From: Lama glama
Taxonomy: Eukaryota
DNA length: 64,000 nucleotides
Reading direction: 5' to 3'
Assembly (NCBI GenBank): GCA_028534125.1
Contig: CM052816.1
Location: 99,946,001-100,010,000 of the forward strand
The notes under the pieces were generated by a model. That model was not told the origin of the DNA. It did no database searches and saw only the letters and a program-made list of their open reading frames with translations. A program made the position numbers and the translations under genes. Shown here in pieces: positions 1 through 13,250 of this stretch; positions within the stretch are counted from its first letter, which is position 1; each line of letters begins with the position of its first letter.

Positions 1-950
1 GAGCCTCCGAAGCCGGCCTGAGTTCCCCAGGGTAGAGAAATGGACTACAGTGGCCTGGCCTGGAGTGCCGCGATGTCGCCGTCCCCGAGTGTCGGAAGAA
101 GCGAATTACATGCCTGTGCACACACGTAAATATTTTATAAACCTTCCCTTCATTAACCAGATCATTTCCATTCTGTCTCCAATATGATCAACGGCAACGG
201 TGCGAGGGTTTTCAGGTTTACAATTTGATGTCACCAGACGGTTGCTCGGGGGCAGAGGTGTCATCGCCGCGCCAGCTGCAACTTGTATTTATTTGTTTTT
301 CCACCGTGTTCCTGTAGGGCGCCATTATGCAGTTTTTAATTAGTTTGTGTTTGTACTTCACCCGTCCCAAGTCAGCGCCGTCCCGGAGCACGGCGCTGTA
401 AATTCTCGCAGTACAGGTGTCGCTGCCTGCTCCGGGACTCGGGCGACCGCGTGTCGAGCAGATGAAAGCCGGGCGGCCGCGCAGCCGACCGCCAGCCCTG
501 CGCAGCCCGGAGGCGCAGGTCAAAGCCATCGGGGACTCCTGCGCCCCCGCAGCGCCTCCCTCCGTGGCCGCTGCTCCTAATGCCATTAGAGGGAGCCGGG
601 CCGAGCACGGTGTGGGGGACAAAGTGACTTTTCATTTTACTCTAGTCCTGGGGTCCTTGGGCCAGCACTGGCCTCCCGAGCGCCCGGGGCGCAGGGCCTA
701 GTGGGCGCTGGGCAGACGCCGCGCCAGGCTCGCGCCCGGGGGACCCGGCTGTGCGCGCGCGCACGCAACCACCAAGCTCCCAAGAAAGGTCATTGCGACT
801 TCCTTCCTGCCGGGTTCCAGCCTTTTAGTAGAACCCAGAGCAAGCAGCCCGAACTTCCGGAATCCCCAGACTGGAGAATCCCTCCTCAGCCCCAGATCGC
901 GTGGGTGTTGGTTTCTCTTCTTGAAATGACCTCTGTGCGGTGCGTGTAAA
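1..950. promoter_or_regulatory. CpG island (downstream edge; probably continues upstream of the window)
   Basis: Dense CpG and high GC at 1-110 and 370-950 (e.g. gggcggccgcgcagccgaccgcc, gtgcgcgcgcgcacgca), ending at a T-rich tract at ~987-1031. Confidence 0.75.
110..400. promoter_or_regulatory. Candidate conserved non-coding element inside the CpG island
   Basis: Repeat-free, AT-richer block with ttttataaa, cattaa, tgtatttatttg (FOX-like) and ttttaattag (homeodomain) motifs. Confidence 0.45.
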
Positions 951-986
951 TCTGTTCTTCCAGCCACCAGGGGATTCTTTCAAAGC

Positions 987-1031
987 TTTTTCTTTTTTTT
1001 TTCTTTTTCTTTCTCTCTCTTTTTTTTTTTT
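987..1031. repeat. T-rich polypyrimidine low-complexity tract
   Basis: About 45 nt of only T and C, with T10-T12 runs, directly visible. Confidence 0.85.
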
Positions 1032-1059
1032 GGTTAGGAGTAAGAGATTGTTCATGTTT

Positions 1060-1270
1060 AACTAGACCACATAGAAATTATGATTCCACAGCAGTGTGTA
1101 TTTAATTAGAGTAATCTCACTTGAATTTAATTACCTAATGAATTATTTGCTTAAAAGGTAGAACGTCTTGTTTGCCAAGTGCGGTGCAGACCTCTGATAA
1201 GAACTTGTGTTATAAGGACATTCCGGTTTAAAAGCAGCCATGTATTAAGCTGTATATTTTAACTCCTTGA
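1060..1270. promoter_or_regulatory. Candidate conserved non-coding element
   Basis: AT-rich island with repeated ttaattag, ttaattac and taatgaattatt motifs; no recognisable repeat. Confidence 0.35.
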
Positions 1271-2039
1271 GAATGTGACTGTTACTGCAGTGCTCACACA
1301 CAGACTGCGAGCATCGCGGGAAGACGTGGGGAAGGCAGCATCCTGTCAGCAGAGGTTCTGTTCTCTTTTGTGCACATGCCCCTTTTGAAATTAATATCTT
1401 CTAACGTTTTCTCATATAAGTCTGTTTTTAAACTTATTTCATTTTGCCTTCCGTAGCATTTTTTTCCTAGTGCCAGATGACAGCTGCCTAGTAGAAGACC
1501 CACTGCATGATGAGTATTTGCAGTGAGGTGGTGCATCCTTCAGGGAAACCCCAGCCCAGCTCCTCTGGGCCCCTGAGGCACCATCACCACCAGCAGCAAG
1601 GCTTTCAGAGGTTACCAGCCTTTAGAGGAAAGGAAGTTACGATCGCCCAGACTTCGATCTTACCCTTAAGTCCTAAATGAGGGAAGGATTTCAGTTCCTC
1701 TTGTTTTACAAAAGGAAGAGCAAAATAATTCCAAGCCCTGCCATCTTTTCTGATGGGTTCTGAAGATGACTTGTCTCCTGGTGACTCAATACTCAGTGCC
1801 ATTTGTGCCAAGTTCATAGCTGGGGTCCTCGGGGAGGAGTGTGACCTGCTAGAAGTCTAACACGATGGCTGTGTTTTCTGTGGTCAAGTTGCTGCAGACG
1901 CAGACTGCTTCATTCCCTCCCCTGCCCTGTGTGATGGACAGAATTTTCTATCCCTGCGTCGTGGAATTTCAGCAGTGAAATGTATGTCTGGGATTGGGCG
2001 GGGGGGATGTTTCACCCTCTCACTAAAGACAGAATAGGA

Positions 2040-2450
2040 AATAGGGACACATCAAATCCACTTGTTTGATTTCCACTGTTATTTTCATTAATGGTTCATT
2101 AATCAAATAATTTACTCCAGTTGCAGGTTTGGACAGTATTATCACATAAATATTGAATATTATCAATATAGTGTTCAACTAAGGAGGAATAGGCCTATAA
2201 GAAAAATACAACACTTTGACCAGAATTATTAATTCTGTTTTTTTAGGGCCCCTGATTTTTATCATAGCTGTGCATTTTAAAATTGATGCTTTAACAACCG
2301 ATAGTGGTTAAATTGTAGCATAAACTTATTCTTATTAAATTATGATTGCAGTAGCGCCTTCCTTCCTAAGGAGCAGGTGGACATGAGCACACATTTTTAA
2401 ACTTATTTATGAATTTACTGCACATACTCTTCCAAATAGCAACTGACAAT
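2040..2450. promoter_or_regulatory. Candidate conserved non-coding element
   Basis: AT-rich island (cattaatgg, cattaatcaaat, aattattaatt, ttattaaattatg) in a GC-rich background. Confidence 0.35.
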
Positions 2451-3827
2451 AACAACCAGAAAGGACGCGAGATAAGAGCTCAGGAACGATAATGCTTTTC
2501 TCAGATCTGAGTGAATCCAAAGACGATTTGCTAGTAAAACCCTCAAAGGAAACGATATGTGAGGGACGGAGGAAGGGGAAGACTAAGTGGCATATTTATG
2601 TCGGGCGCTTCCCAAAATGTTTGAAATGGAGACCAAACAGTGTCCTATCTCCTCTGCCTTCCTCTCAGCCCTCAATCGCTTATATTATTAAAGATAAAGC
2701 CAACCACTAGAAATACATTTTTAAAATACCAGTTGACAAAAATCAGCCCACACAGCATCGGAGGTAGAAGGCTCCATCTTTCACGCACAGCGTGTGGACC
2801 GGACGTCACTGGTGACAGGTTAAAATCTGCTCATTTAAGGGACATCCATTCAACAAAAACGCCCACAGAGGACACTTTGGGGGCTCAGGTGCTGACAGTT
2901 TATCAGATGTTCTGAAGATGTACAGAGTCCACCAGCATCTTCCAGGCCCATGCCCACGGAAGAGCAAAGCTGGGGGTATGAGACGGTCTATGGGGGAAGC
3001 GAAGCATGCCCACACCTAGGGGTCCCAAGTCTGCTTTTGCTCAGGTGCCACTTCTCACTTTAAGGTCACCCACGGCTGTCCCCAGAGTTGCTCCAGGGTC
3101 ACAGGTGTTGGACCGAAGCTCCACCAGCTTCGTGCAAGACAGATGACACAGGGTCCCTCAGGCCTCCAGGCTGACGCCACCTTTGGGGTGTTGAGTGTGT
3201 GTTGAATGATGTTCAGAGAGAAGGAAGGAGAGGAGGAGGGGCTGCCTTCTTCCCCAGACACACTTCCAGAGGGTTCTTTGACCACAGAACATGACACACC
3301 CACGGCCAAGGAGGCGGCCGCTCTGAACAGAGCCCCGGGCCTGGAGGCTTCCCTTGCCTGCCCTCTGTCTGTGTCTGGGGGCCCTTCCTTTGCTGTCCCG
3401 CTGATGGCGGCTGCTGAGACACTCCTTCCACGCCACCTGCTCAGGGTCTGGGGCTCCCCCCTCCTCCGCGGAAACCCACCCGGCCTGCGGTCCACTCTCC
3501 ACAGAAAGCTCAGTGACTGACAGGCTAATCACAGCTCCTAATTCGACCTCGGATGAATGTGAATGGACAGAGATAGGTGCCCTTAATCTCCGGCATGAGG
3601 AATATTACATTTTCTCAGGGAACTGTCAGTGCATTGACCCGATGCTCCTCGGCCAGGTCCACACTCTGGACGGGAGCCTGGCTGAGGGGCTGGGGTGGGA
3701 GGAGCGTCCTTTCCAATCACTCTTTGGAGGAAAGAAGGATTAACACCCTCTTGGCCAATGACTGCTGCTTCTCAGATGCAGTGGAGGGCAGAACCAAGTT
3801 TAGAAGAGGCCTCCAGAGCTCTGCCAT

Positions 3828-4215
3828 CTGTCTGAGGCGGCTCCGGCCGCAGTAACAAAATACCATCAACTGGGTGGTTTCAGCAAGGGAATGCATTTTC
3901 CCCCAGTCCTGGGGCTGGAAGGTGGAGACCAGGTGCGAGCAGGGCTGGTTTCTCCCTGCCTGGCCTGCACAGGGCCTCCTTTCTTGTGTCCTCACCTGGC
4001 CTTTTCTCTGAGCCGGTGTATTCCTGGGGTCCTCTGTGTGTCCAGACTGCTCTCCTGTAGAAGCAGCAGTCAGATTGGATTAGCACTGACCTTAATGAGC
4101 TCGTTTTAACAGAACCACATCTTTAAAAGCCCGTCTCCAAATAGTCACATTCTCAGGTGCCTGGGGTTAGGCCTTCAACATGCACATTTTGGGGGGCACA
4201 GTTCAGCCCAGAACA
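3828..4215 (-). mobile_element. MaLR solo LTR, MLT1A/B-like
   Basis: Hallmark segments gcagtaacaaaataccatcaactgggtgg, gtcagattggattag and ccaaatagtcacattctcaggtgcctggggttaggccttcaacatg...ggggggcacagttcagccca match the reverse complement of the MLT1A/B consensus. Confidence 0.85.
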
Positions 4216-4971
4216 CCTTCCGTGGCCACATACCGCGTCCCACTCCAAACAGCACCAGGGTCTGTTAGCTGGAGTTACAGTCATTTCAGGCCCTGCAGTA
4301 CATCCTTTAGTTTGGGGCAGAAGATCTTAGGAGAAGCTCTAGCATTTCCGCCTCTTTAAGTCTGTAGAAAACACGGGCGCCTTCATTAAAACCAGAATGA
4401 AATGGTGGGCTGTCCAGCAGGCGCTGTGTTCTCAGCACGGACCCTCTTCAGCGCTGGCCGCTCTCAAAGGTTGGGTTCGGCCACCCTGTTTGTTCAGGTC
4501 TAAGAGGACCGGCAAGTCTGCGTGGTTAGTAAACTCCCTGGGCAAGAAGGGCCTTAGTTTGGAAGCAAGCGTGTCAGAGAAAATGAGTTTTATCCGGAGC
4601 CCTATCTATCCAGAACCTACTCTGTCCCAGTTCCTCCCAGGCCGGCAGCTGATGGCTCTGGCCCTGGAGGCCCCACACAGCGGACGCCACCCCGCACTCT
4701 CCATGTCATTTAACGCAGGAAAATTTCAAAGGTGCCAGTTAAGCTCTGCTTCCCAGGTTTCACGAAAAAGGAAAAGACAGTAGTACCTCGGCCCCTGCCT
4801 GGAATCTGCCCGCGTCCCGAGGGGGAGGGCCGGTCGGTGTGTGCACATAAGTCCGTGGTCAGGGAATTGCAGGAGAAATGGGAAATTTGCGCCGGATTCT
4901 GCCTTTCCTCAGCGGCCGCACCACACTGCCTGCAGACGCGTTGTCGCCGTGGCGGCAAGGTGCGGGAAGGG

Positions 4972-5097
4972 CCCCATGATCATTTTACAAGCTGAAGACT
5001 GTGTGACATTATCTCTAGGCTTGAGTGAAGTGGTTTGTTTAAGGTCACTTAGCAAGTGTGTAATAAATCAAGGATTAGAACCTTGGCACCCAGCTCC
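4972..5097 (-). mobile_element. MIR SINE fragment
   Basis: cattttacaagctgaagactg...aaggtcacttagcaagtg...ggattagaacc resembles the reverse-complemented MIR core. Confidence 0.6.
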
Positions 5098-5274
5098 ACA
5101 GTGTGACAAGGGTCAACTTGTGCATCCCATGATTTAGCCCCCTTCCCACCCTCTCGTCTCCAACCCTGTGGGAGCCCCCTGCCCCCAGTGCTCCTGGATC
5201 CAGCTGATCCTGCAATCCACCCTACCCCCGAAAGCAGCTATTAGGAGCTCCTGACTCCTGTTCCCTGTTCCCTC

Positions 5275-5420
5275 TTTTTTTCATTTATTCTTATAACAGA
5301 CACTTGTGGAGGAACCGCTTTAAGAAATGACCGGTAGCGTGTGCCGTGGGGGATGCTAAGCAAAGCAAGACAGTGGTTGAAACATGGAAGTGTCTAAGGT
5401 AAGTTAGACAGTTCAGTGAA
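5275..5420 (-). mobile_element. L2 3' end fragment (decayed)
   Basis: ttcatttattc...acagacacttgtggagg...ggggatgctaagcaaagcaagacag pattern typical of an L2 tail. Confidence 0.35.
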
Positions 5421-6699
5421 GCGCACACAGACACCTCATCACTCCATGAGGCAGAAGTACATGCAAGGAGGGACGTGCTAGTTCTTTAGCTTTGAGCTTC
5501 TCACGCCCCTTCTACCTTTGATCCTGAGATGCTGCGATGCTGAGACCTGCGAACCCCGCTTCTGCGTTGCCGGTTTCTCTCCGTTAGAGGCTGCAGGATG
5601 GGAGGAGCCGACTGGATTACTTCCCTGATGCTCAGCATCCTCCCGGCAAGAGTACTCCACCCCGGGAGCAGCCCTTCCTCCTGGGAGCACAGCTGAGTCC
5701 ATCTGCGGGTTTCCGGCGCCCACAGAGCCGGTCCACCGTGTTCCCTCGGGAGCCAGAGCCAGCGAGCAGCGTTCCGGCCTCAGAGGTAGGGGCTCCAGCT
5801 CCGCACGCTGTCTACGAGGTCTGCCCTCTTTCTCCTGTTGCCTGGCCCTGGGGCAGCAGCTCCTGCGTCTGAGCCGTCTTCTGTTCTCCTTTCGACTTTT
5901 CAATTAACTCCTTGGAAAACTCTTCACACTGTGTTTACCAGGGCGACTGCAACACAGTGTCCAGTCGGGGCAGCTGAAATCTGTCCTCTCGCAGCCTGGA
6001 GGTTAGACGTCCGAGATCGCGGTGTGGGCAGGGCGGGCTCCCGCTGGGGTTGTGAGGGAGAGGCCAGGAGGCAGCGGGAGCCCGAGGCCAAACCAGGGTG
6101 AGTTTCCGGAGCACGCGGGCAATTTGGGCTTTATTCTGGGCCACGAGGAGGCACAGCAGGCATCGGGCGGGCGCACAGGACACCACGAGCTGCATCAGAG
6201 GAGCATCAGGAGGCTGTGTGCGTCCAAGCTGCAGGGCTGGGGACATCTCGGCCCGGGTGCCTGGGTGTCCCAGGGAGGGAAGGGCGAGCCGGGTCCGCGC
6301 CCCCTGTGCCCAGACCCCTCTGTCCTCGGTGCTCCTGTGGGTGGGTGAGGGGGCTGGTCCCCACCCCCCTCGCTGTCCCAGGCAGTCCGCTCAGGCACAC
6401 CTGGGGCAGGTAAGAGGAGGCGGGCCTGGGACAGCCTGGGGTCTTCCCCCTTGTCCTGCAGACGGGACAGCTCTGCCTCCCGGTTTTGCAGCTTAAATTT
6501 CCAGGTACGTTTGGCCTGAACACAGGGTTCTGAGCCTTCACGTGAAGCTGAAGAATTGCTGACTTGCCCAGTTTTCAGGATCCTGATTCGCTTGTCTTCC
6601 GGGGAGCCGCTGACTGTTTGCGAACCGCGGCTCGCTGACCCACCTCCTCACCCTGGTCAGACTCCGCAGGGTTCTCCACACGTCAGGAAGGTGCATTCG

Positions 6700-7450
6700 T
6701 GTCTTTTATGACACGGTATTTAAGTATTTAGTTGATTCTTTACGATGTATAAAATGTTAAATTAGACAAATCTGGAATGACACCAATGTATGGGAAAAAT
6801 AACGCTGTCAGATAAAGGCAAATACCGTTATTATCATGATTAACACAGACGACAGTCATTTCCTTGCAAGCCTCCCCCAGCATCAAAATGTTGGCTGTTA
6901 CCCAAAGACCGAGTTAATAGCTGCATCACGAGGGAAGAGGAAGTCAGCAGCCATCAAGTAGGTAGCGACCCTTCCGTGTGCTGCAGCACAAAGCTCCCTA
7001 TGGCCACGTGTGGGTGGAGCTGCGCGGGATCACAGGACAGGAGCGCTGGGCTTCTGTCCACACGGTTCCCTTGCTAACTCCATAATGCGCACGTGTGTGC
7101 AAAACAGATCATTGATTCCCATCAGCCATGGAGAAACTCAATGTCAATTAATACCTTATCAGCACCCGTGGCGTCCTCACTGGGGATAAGCCCTATCCTG
7201 CTTCCAGTGGTTGACGTGGCTTTATCTGGAGGGAGGAAGGAGGGGAAAAAGCTGCCGCTGCAGGCTTGTTAACAGCTGGGTAGTTCACAGGCTCGTCAAG
7301 TCCGTAGGTAATTTCTGGGGAGCTCGCACCTAACTTAATTATATCGCAGTGTAACCAGGTTGGGTGAGAAGTTAACTAGAAGAAGCTCCATTAAAACCCT
7401 GGTGTTAACACCCGTCTCCCGAGGAAGGTTAGTCTTATCAGAAGAGATGT
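6700..7450. promoter_or_regulatory. Candidate conserved non-coding cluster
   Basis: Repeat-free blocks with tttaagtatttagttgatt, tgtcagataa, atgtcaattaatac, cttaattata and ccattaaaa. Confidence 0.4.
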
Positions 7451-8869
7451 GACTTTGTGGGGCGCTGTGTGTGTGTAAATCTGCCCGGCCACACGTGGAG
7501 GTCCCCTCGTCGCACAAGGATGGGAGCTCCTGCTTCTCAAGGCTCCTTCCATGCGGGGCTGGAACACGGCAGCCCTGCCATGACATGTGTTTGCTTCAAG
7601 AGGGTGATTGTGTTGACTTCCTGCAAATTCTTCCCTGCCCCTTGAATTACCGGTTTCCTTTTTTCATCAAGCCAAGCGATCCGAGGAGAAACCACCTCTC
7701 CGAGCCTTAGTGCCTCCCACCTGAATGAAGAACAAACCTGCGGGTCTCCCAGAGCCTTATTAAGATCAACACTGAATTTCCTGCCCGGAAGAATCATGCA
7801 GTAGTCCCTCCCTCCCCGGCCGTCAGTCTGTCCGCCTCCAAACCTGTTTCCTCCTCCGATACCCCACTATCATCCACCGAGATGTTTATTCTTAGTTCGT
7901 CCTTTCTGTGGCCGCCTACTTCCACTGACAAAGACCCGTCACTTCTGCCTCCAAAGGGTCTTTCCGATCCACTCTCATCCCGCCCCGAGCCCAGCCCACA
8001 GATGGCCTCTTGGGTCGTCATCTTTGTATCCTTCTGTGGTGCGCGGGGTCATTTACCAGCAGTTACATTCATCTCCTTCCCCTTCTGGGATACCCTCGGG
8101 TCCCTCGATCGCCGAGTAGGTGGGTCCATCTCCTGAGCACCTCATACGTCAGCCTTCAAGTAGGAACGCAGTCCCTGAGCTGGACGGAGCTGCGCAGCGG
8201 TGGGTCTCTTCTCTCGCCCAGAAAGGCTATTTTAAGGCAATTGAGTGCTTCCTTTGGAAGAGAGGGAGTGTTCCCGCTGAAATGTTAGATGCGGCATTTG
8301 TCTGGATTTATCGTTCCTCTGGCTTCCACTTCCCAGCCCAGTGTGAGCCCAGGCGCGTCTCCTTTCCAAGCTCATCTTTCACTCCTCGCTCCTCAGAATC
8401 CAGTCGGGAAGTCCATATGTTATCCTGAACTTCTGAAGCATCAGAATCCCTTGGAAAGCATGTTACAATGACCGGTTCTTGCCTAGAAATCTCCTGATTC
8501 ACTACGTATGGATTCGGGTCCAACATTTGAGTTTTAAATAAATTTGATTGGGATTTGGCTGAAAAAACACATTTTATGAAAAGCACACGTCATGAGAGGG
8601 TCTTAGATCCATAGTTGGATCCTTCAGCCGCAAGGAACTTCCCTGCGCTTTGCTGCAGACCTAAAAATGTGACTTTGACTCCTGGCCCCGACACCCACTG
8701 TCACTGCCACCACCTGGCCCCAGATTCCTTCTGTTTCTCAGCTTTCTCCTTCTCCATGTGCCTTGCCCCTAATCTCTTCTTTTGCCCACCTGTGAACCCC
8801 AGGGCCCTCGTGAGCTCTGTTCCGCCCCTTATTTCAGTCTGGCCCCCCAACTAGAAAACGTCACTCACA

Positions 8870-9830
8870 TTCTGGGCTCTGACCAGTGGGCCCCAGATCT
8901 GTGTCTTTCATCCGAATCTCAGCCGAGAGCTACAGACTCAAACAGTCCACTGCACTGGACGCATCTTCACCTGACAACCTGCCGATGGACCTCTCCTCTT
9001 CACGGCTCTGTGATCCTAGCCAAGGGGACGGTCCTGCAGGAAGCGGCCAGAATCTTGGCCGCCAGCCTGACGCCTTCTTCATATGTCTGTCCTCAGTTCT
9101 GTCCTGTTCCCCATCCATTTATTCAGTGGTGAGTGGCTGAGCGCCCATGGTATTCCTGGCCGTGACCTTGGAGATACTGAAGGAAAGGGAGAACGGAGAA
9201 CAGGAGAGGTGGCCACAGCCCTGCCCTCGTGGACAGACTGGCAACGTGGGACTTCACGGATGTCTCTTCAAGGCTTCTGTCCCCCTCACGCCCTCTGAAT
9301 GAGGCGCCCATTCACTGCAGTGTGCCTGGGACACACAGTGTCTCTCTGGGCACCACGTTTCATTTCCTGGAGAACCCCAAGTTGGACAAGTTACATGGTC
9401 ACCCTACTTGCTAGCATTCTTTTACTTCAGCTGACGTCTTCAACAGACTAGGTCACTGCCGTGGTTTCCTGAACCACCTCCCTGCCTTCAGTCTGGCTTC
9501 GTTTTAACACGTCTTCCATTCTGCTTCAGGGGTGACCTTTCCGCACCACATACTGGCCAAGTTACTCTCACTGAGTTAACAGGTGTCCAGGTTTCCCCGT
9601 GTCCTAGAGAGTAGAGTCCAGCACGCTGGGTGAGGCGTAACCTGTGCACCGCCCTGGCACATCCCCGTCTGCCCCAGGGGAGCCCTTCACTTCCCTGTCC
9701 TCACGGGAGCTTCCCAGACCCCATGCTCCCCGGTGTCCTTTCCTGAGAGCCACTTCCCTTCCCAGGCTGATGTGCGTGGCCCGGGGGTCACCATCAGTCC
9801 CAGGACACCCCCCTCCAGCCCCTCCCCTGC
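8870..9830. mobile_element. Decayed L2 fragments
   Basis: Degenerate L2-like segments (ccagatctgtgtctt...tacagactcaaacagtccactgcactggacgcatcttcacctg; ccatccatttattcag); boundaries approximate. Confidence 0.4.
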
Positions 9831-12184
9831 ATCTCTAGGGAGGACTTACACCCCCTGCAGGCAGCCCAGGATGACACATCACATCATGCATCTTGTTTTT
9901 GTTTTTAACAGCAGGAGCAACACGGACATATACTCTTGTCATTACAATTTTCCTGTAAAATAAAAATATCCCTGGGCAACCCCACCGCCCCTCCCCTGTC
10001 AATCCCTGTTCCATTCCCAGAGGCTTCGGCCACACCTTCCTATGGTGATTCTTTCTGCCCCGCTGTGTGTTCAGATACGTTGCTCTGCACACTCACAGAT
10101 GGATACGTGCACACCTGTGTATGTGCGTGTGCGTAGCTTCGTGTGTGTCTTTGCACAGGCGATGCAGGCACAGTTGGCCGATGTCTGCAGGTCAACTTCC
10201 CCTTAAGGACGTCTACCCCATTTTTTTTTGTGTGTCAGCATGTAGCTCCTCACCACGCGTCAAAACCTGCCGCTCAGGACGCTGGGGCGTGAGTGCGCTG
10301 GCTCGCTGAATCAGCTCCCAGAGCAAGGGCGTCTGGCTGGGGTCGGATCAGTCAGCAGCCCGTGTGGGGCCGCCGAGCCATCCTGCCTGAGCATCTTGCC
10401 TTCCTGCCCCGGCGAGGGCGTCTCCACTCGGATGCACGTGACATCTGGTTAGGCTTCCGTTGAGGACAGCGCCCCACCTTCTCTGTGGTTGTGGTGGGGA
10501 GCCCGCCTGAGGGCTGGGGGGTGAGTCTCCGGGATGCAGGGACCCCTTTTGTGGAGGCCGGGGCCCTGGTGAGATGGGAGCCGCACTGCATCCCTGCGGC
10601 TGGCTCTGCGTACCCCCGCGGCAGGTGCTTCGGGGGCCTGGCTGCACAGAAAGCCTTCCTAACCCACCTTTTAGGGTGGGTCGGTCACCCGCACGTTATT
10701 TTAGAAAATCTGCTTTATTACTGTTACTACTTTTCACCGCAGATGTGCGCAGTGCACTGTAAAGTTGGACTCAGGCATCCAAGCCCTGCCCAGGCCTCGG
10801 CTGGGCTCTCATCGGAACGTGAGTGGTAGCGTCTGTGTGTCACCGCCGCCCCGGTGTTTCTTCATTTCGGTTTTCAGAGCTGTTCTAGCCCCTTCTGCCC
10901 GTGTGTTCATGCTCAACGGGCCAGGCCTGCTTTTCCCTCGTAAACGGACTTGGGCATCTGGGGCCGAGGGGTGTATCTTGATGATAAATTCACAAAAGCC
11001 ATTCAAGGGAAATTCTACTTTTGTTTTTGGAACAGGTGTCCCCTGCTGTGTTTGTCCCTGCACCTGCGGAGTGACCAGCGCAGGTGGGGAGGTGGGGGGT
11101 AGAATTAATGATGTTAATAATTGCCTTAATCACCCGTAGCCACACCTTTAAAGGATCAGTTTTGGGGCAAAACAACTTTACATCAGTGCAATTGACTTTA
11201 GAAAATGCAGTTACACTACAGGGCTTCCTGGCCGACTTAGCAAGAAGGCCCTGAAGAAAGTGAAATGTCTATTTCTTTAATTTCTTTGTAGTTGTCACAT
11301 TGTCCCCTGGAACCTTCTTTGGGGATTCATGGAATATTCTGGAAGTCTTCTCTCAGAATGCTTAGTCACTTCATATTTTTATTTTCTCCATTCACGAAAT
11401 GTCATTGATAAACCACAAAGCAAAACGGTGAGCTGGTTCCTGTTCAGGGCTCTCCCGTTCACTGCGAGTTTGGAGTTTGGACTAAGATGACAAGAGTGAG
11501 GAGGGTCCTGGCCGCGTCCAAGGGGCGGCTTCCCCAGCCGTGAGGTCGGTAAATCAGGACCCCATGGAGCACGTCCTGCCCATGTGAGACACGTGGACAG
11601 GAACCTCGGACTCGGGGGTCACTGGAACTACACGCCGGTGGCTTCAGGGAACCCGACAATCCGGCGGAATGAAGTTCTAAATGGCCTTGCTGAAAACATA
11701 ACACCTCGGTGACTTACCACTGTGGGTTTTGGGCCCTGGTTTTCTGCGTGAGATGCCAAGGGCACGGGAAGTTTCTTCTGAAGTAGGGTTCATAGCGGAT
11801 CGAGAGAGCGTTGCTGCACAGAGATTCTGGAGCGACAGCCTGGAGTCGGCCGGGGGCTGGGCGGGGGCTCAGGGTCTGGAAGCCCTGGAAGCTCCAAGCT
11901 CTTTAGGGGCTTCGAGGTCCCAAATGTCCTGGGGTGAGACCTGGCCTTCTGGGGCCCACACACGGCGGTCACGCAGCGAGATGGTCAGTGCCTGGTCCCA
12001 GCTCTGCCGGCATCGGAGGCCTGGGGAGGAGGGGCGTCTGGAGCTGAGGGGCCTGCCCGGGACCCCATCCCTCCACAGTCCACCTTTGCCACAGCAGCGG
12101 GGAGGCATCGCCCAGAGAGAAACTCGACAGGTGCCTCTGCTCAGCGGGGCTGGCAGGGCCTCAGGTGCGTGGGGCTCGGGTAGG

Positions 12185-12575
12185 GGCCCCAGAGGCCCTG
12201 ACAAGGCGCTGGGTGATCTAAAACAACAGACCTTTGTTCTCTCAGAGTCTGGAGGCCAGAAGCCCACCCTCAACATCATGGGGCCTCACTGCCTCCAGAA
12301 CCCCTCCTGCTTCTGGGGGTCCAGGCATCTCCAGGTCTCCAGACTCCATCACTCTGCCCTCGGCCTCATCTTCACGTGGCCTCCTCCTCTGCGTCCACGT
12401 CTCTCTTCTGCTTCTTGTCAGGACACTTGTCACTGGATTTAGGGGCCATCTAGATAATCCAGAGTGATCTCTTCTTATCAGCATCCTTGAGTTAATCCCA
12501 TCTGCAAAGACCTTTTCTCCAAATGAGGTCTCGTCCCCAGGTTCTGGGCGTTAGGACCACCGTTCAACCCACGGC
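12185..12575 (-). mobile_element. MaLR solo LTR, MLT1C-like
   Basis: ctaaaacaacagacctttgttctctcagagtctggaggccagaag, cactggatttaggggccatctagataatccag and catctgcaaagaccttttctccaaatgaggtc are diagnostic MLT1B/C blocks. Confidence 0.85.
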
Positions 12576-12949
12576 AGGGCCTAGCGCTGGCTCTTCTTGC
12601 TCTGGTGGCAGGGATCTTGCACAGACTCCCCATGACTGGGCCACGTGGACAGGAAGTTCTGACATAACGGTGGAGACCACAGCCTGGGCATCTGAGGGGA
12701 GGTGACTCCTTGCAGTCCCGGGCCTCTGCCCGATGATGGGCGGGCAGTCTCAGAAACGCCTTAGAACGATGCCCAGGGCCCCAGCACCGGACCAGAGGGC
12801 AGCGGGGCTGAGCCCAGGCGTCTGGGGTTTATTCGCTTCTGCCACTTCCCGGCGGAGCCAGGACTTCCTCTGGTTTTCCTGAACATTCCAGTCACACTGA
12901 GGACTCAGAGGACACTTTCTTTCAACTCTTTTCATGCCTCTTGTGACTT

Positions 12950-13250
12950 TATGGAGTTTCACCACTTTTCCTCTTTCCTCTCCAAGTGAGAAGCAACGGG
13001 CTTTTATCTTGCATGTCACCCTAGGCGTGCAAGCGCTCGGGCTGCTGAGCTGAAAAGACGCACTTTGAGAGCTGGCACCGAAGCTGTCTGAATTACAGCT
13101 GATCAGATCCAAGAGGCTAAAGCTGCCGGATTTTAATGTCACTTAATTAAAGCGGCCCTCATTCAGGACTCGAGAGGGAGGGGGGGCCCTTTGAAAGCTC
13201 CTTCAATGGCTGTTGCCCGGTAGGGGCTGCTGAACTTTTCCACAGTTAGC
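12950..13250. promoter_or_regulatory. Candidate conserved non-coding element
   Basis: gaattacagctgatcag, ttttaatgtcacttaattaaag, cctttgaa (TCF/LEF-like) and ttcaatgg (SOX-like) clustered in non-repetitive sequence. Confidence 0.45.

Noticed and set aside
987..1045. Long polypyrimidine tract followed by ttag as a splice acceptor
   Set aside because: No plausible exon with a suitably spaced donor; more simply a T-rich simple repeat at the CpG island edge.
5392..5404. Perfect donor AAG|GTAAGT (a similar one at 17612-17620)
   Set aside because: Both lie in decayed LINE remnants with no convincing upstream acceptor; such matches are expected by chance.
11729..12442. 237-aa ORF
   Set aside because: Non-ATG start, G/S/R/P-rich, runs into an MLT1 LTR; chance ORF in GC-rich DNA.
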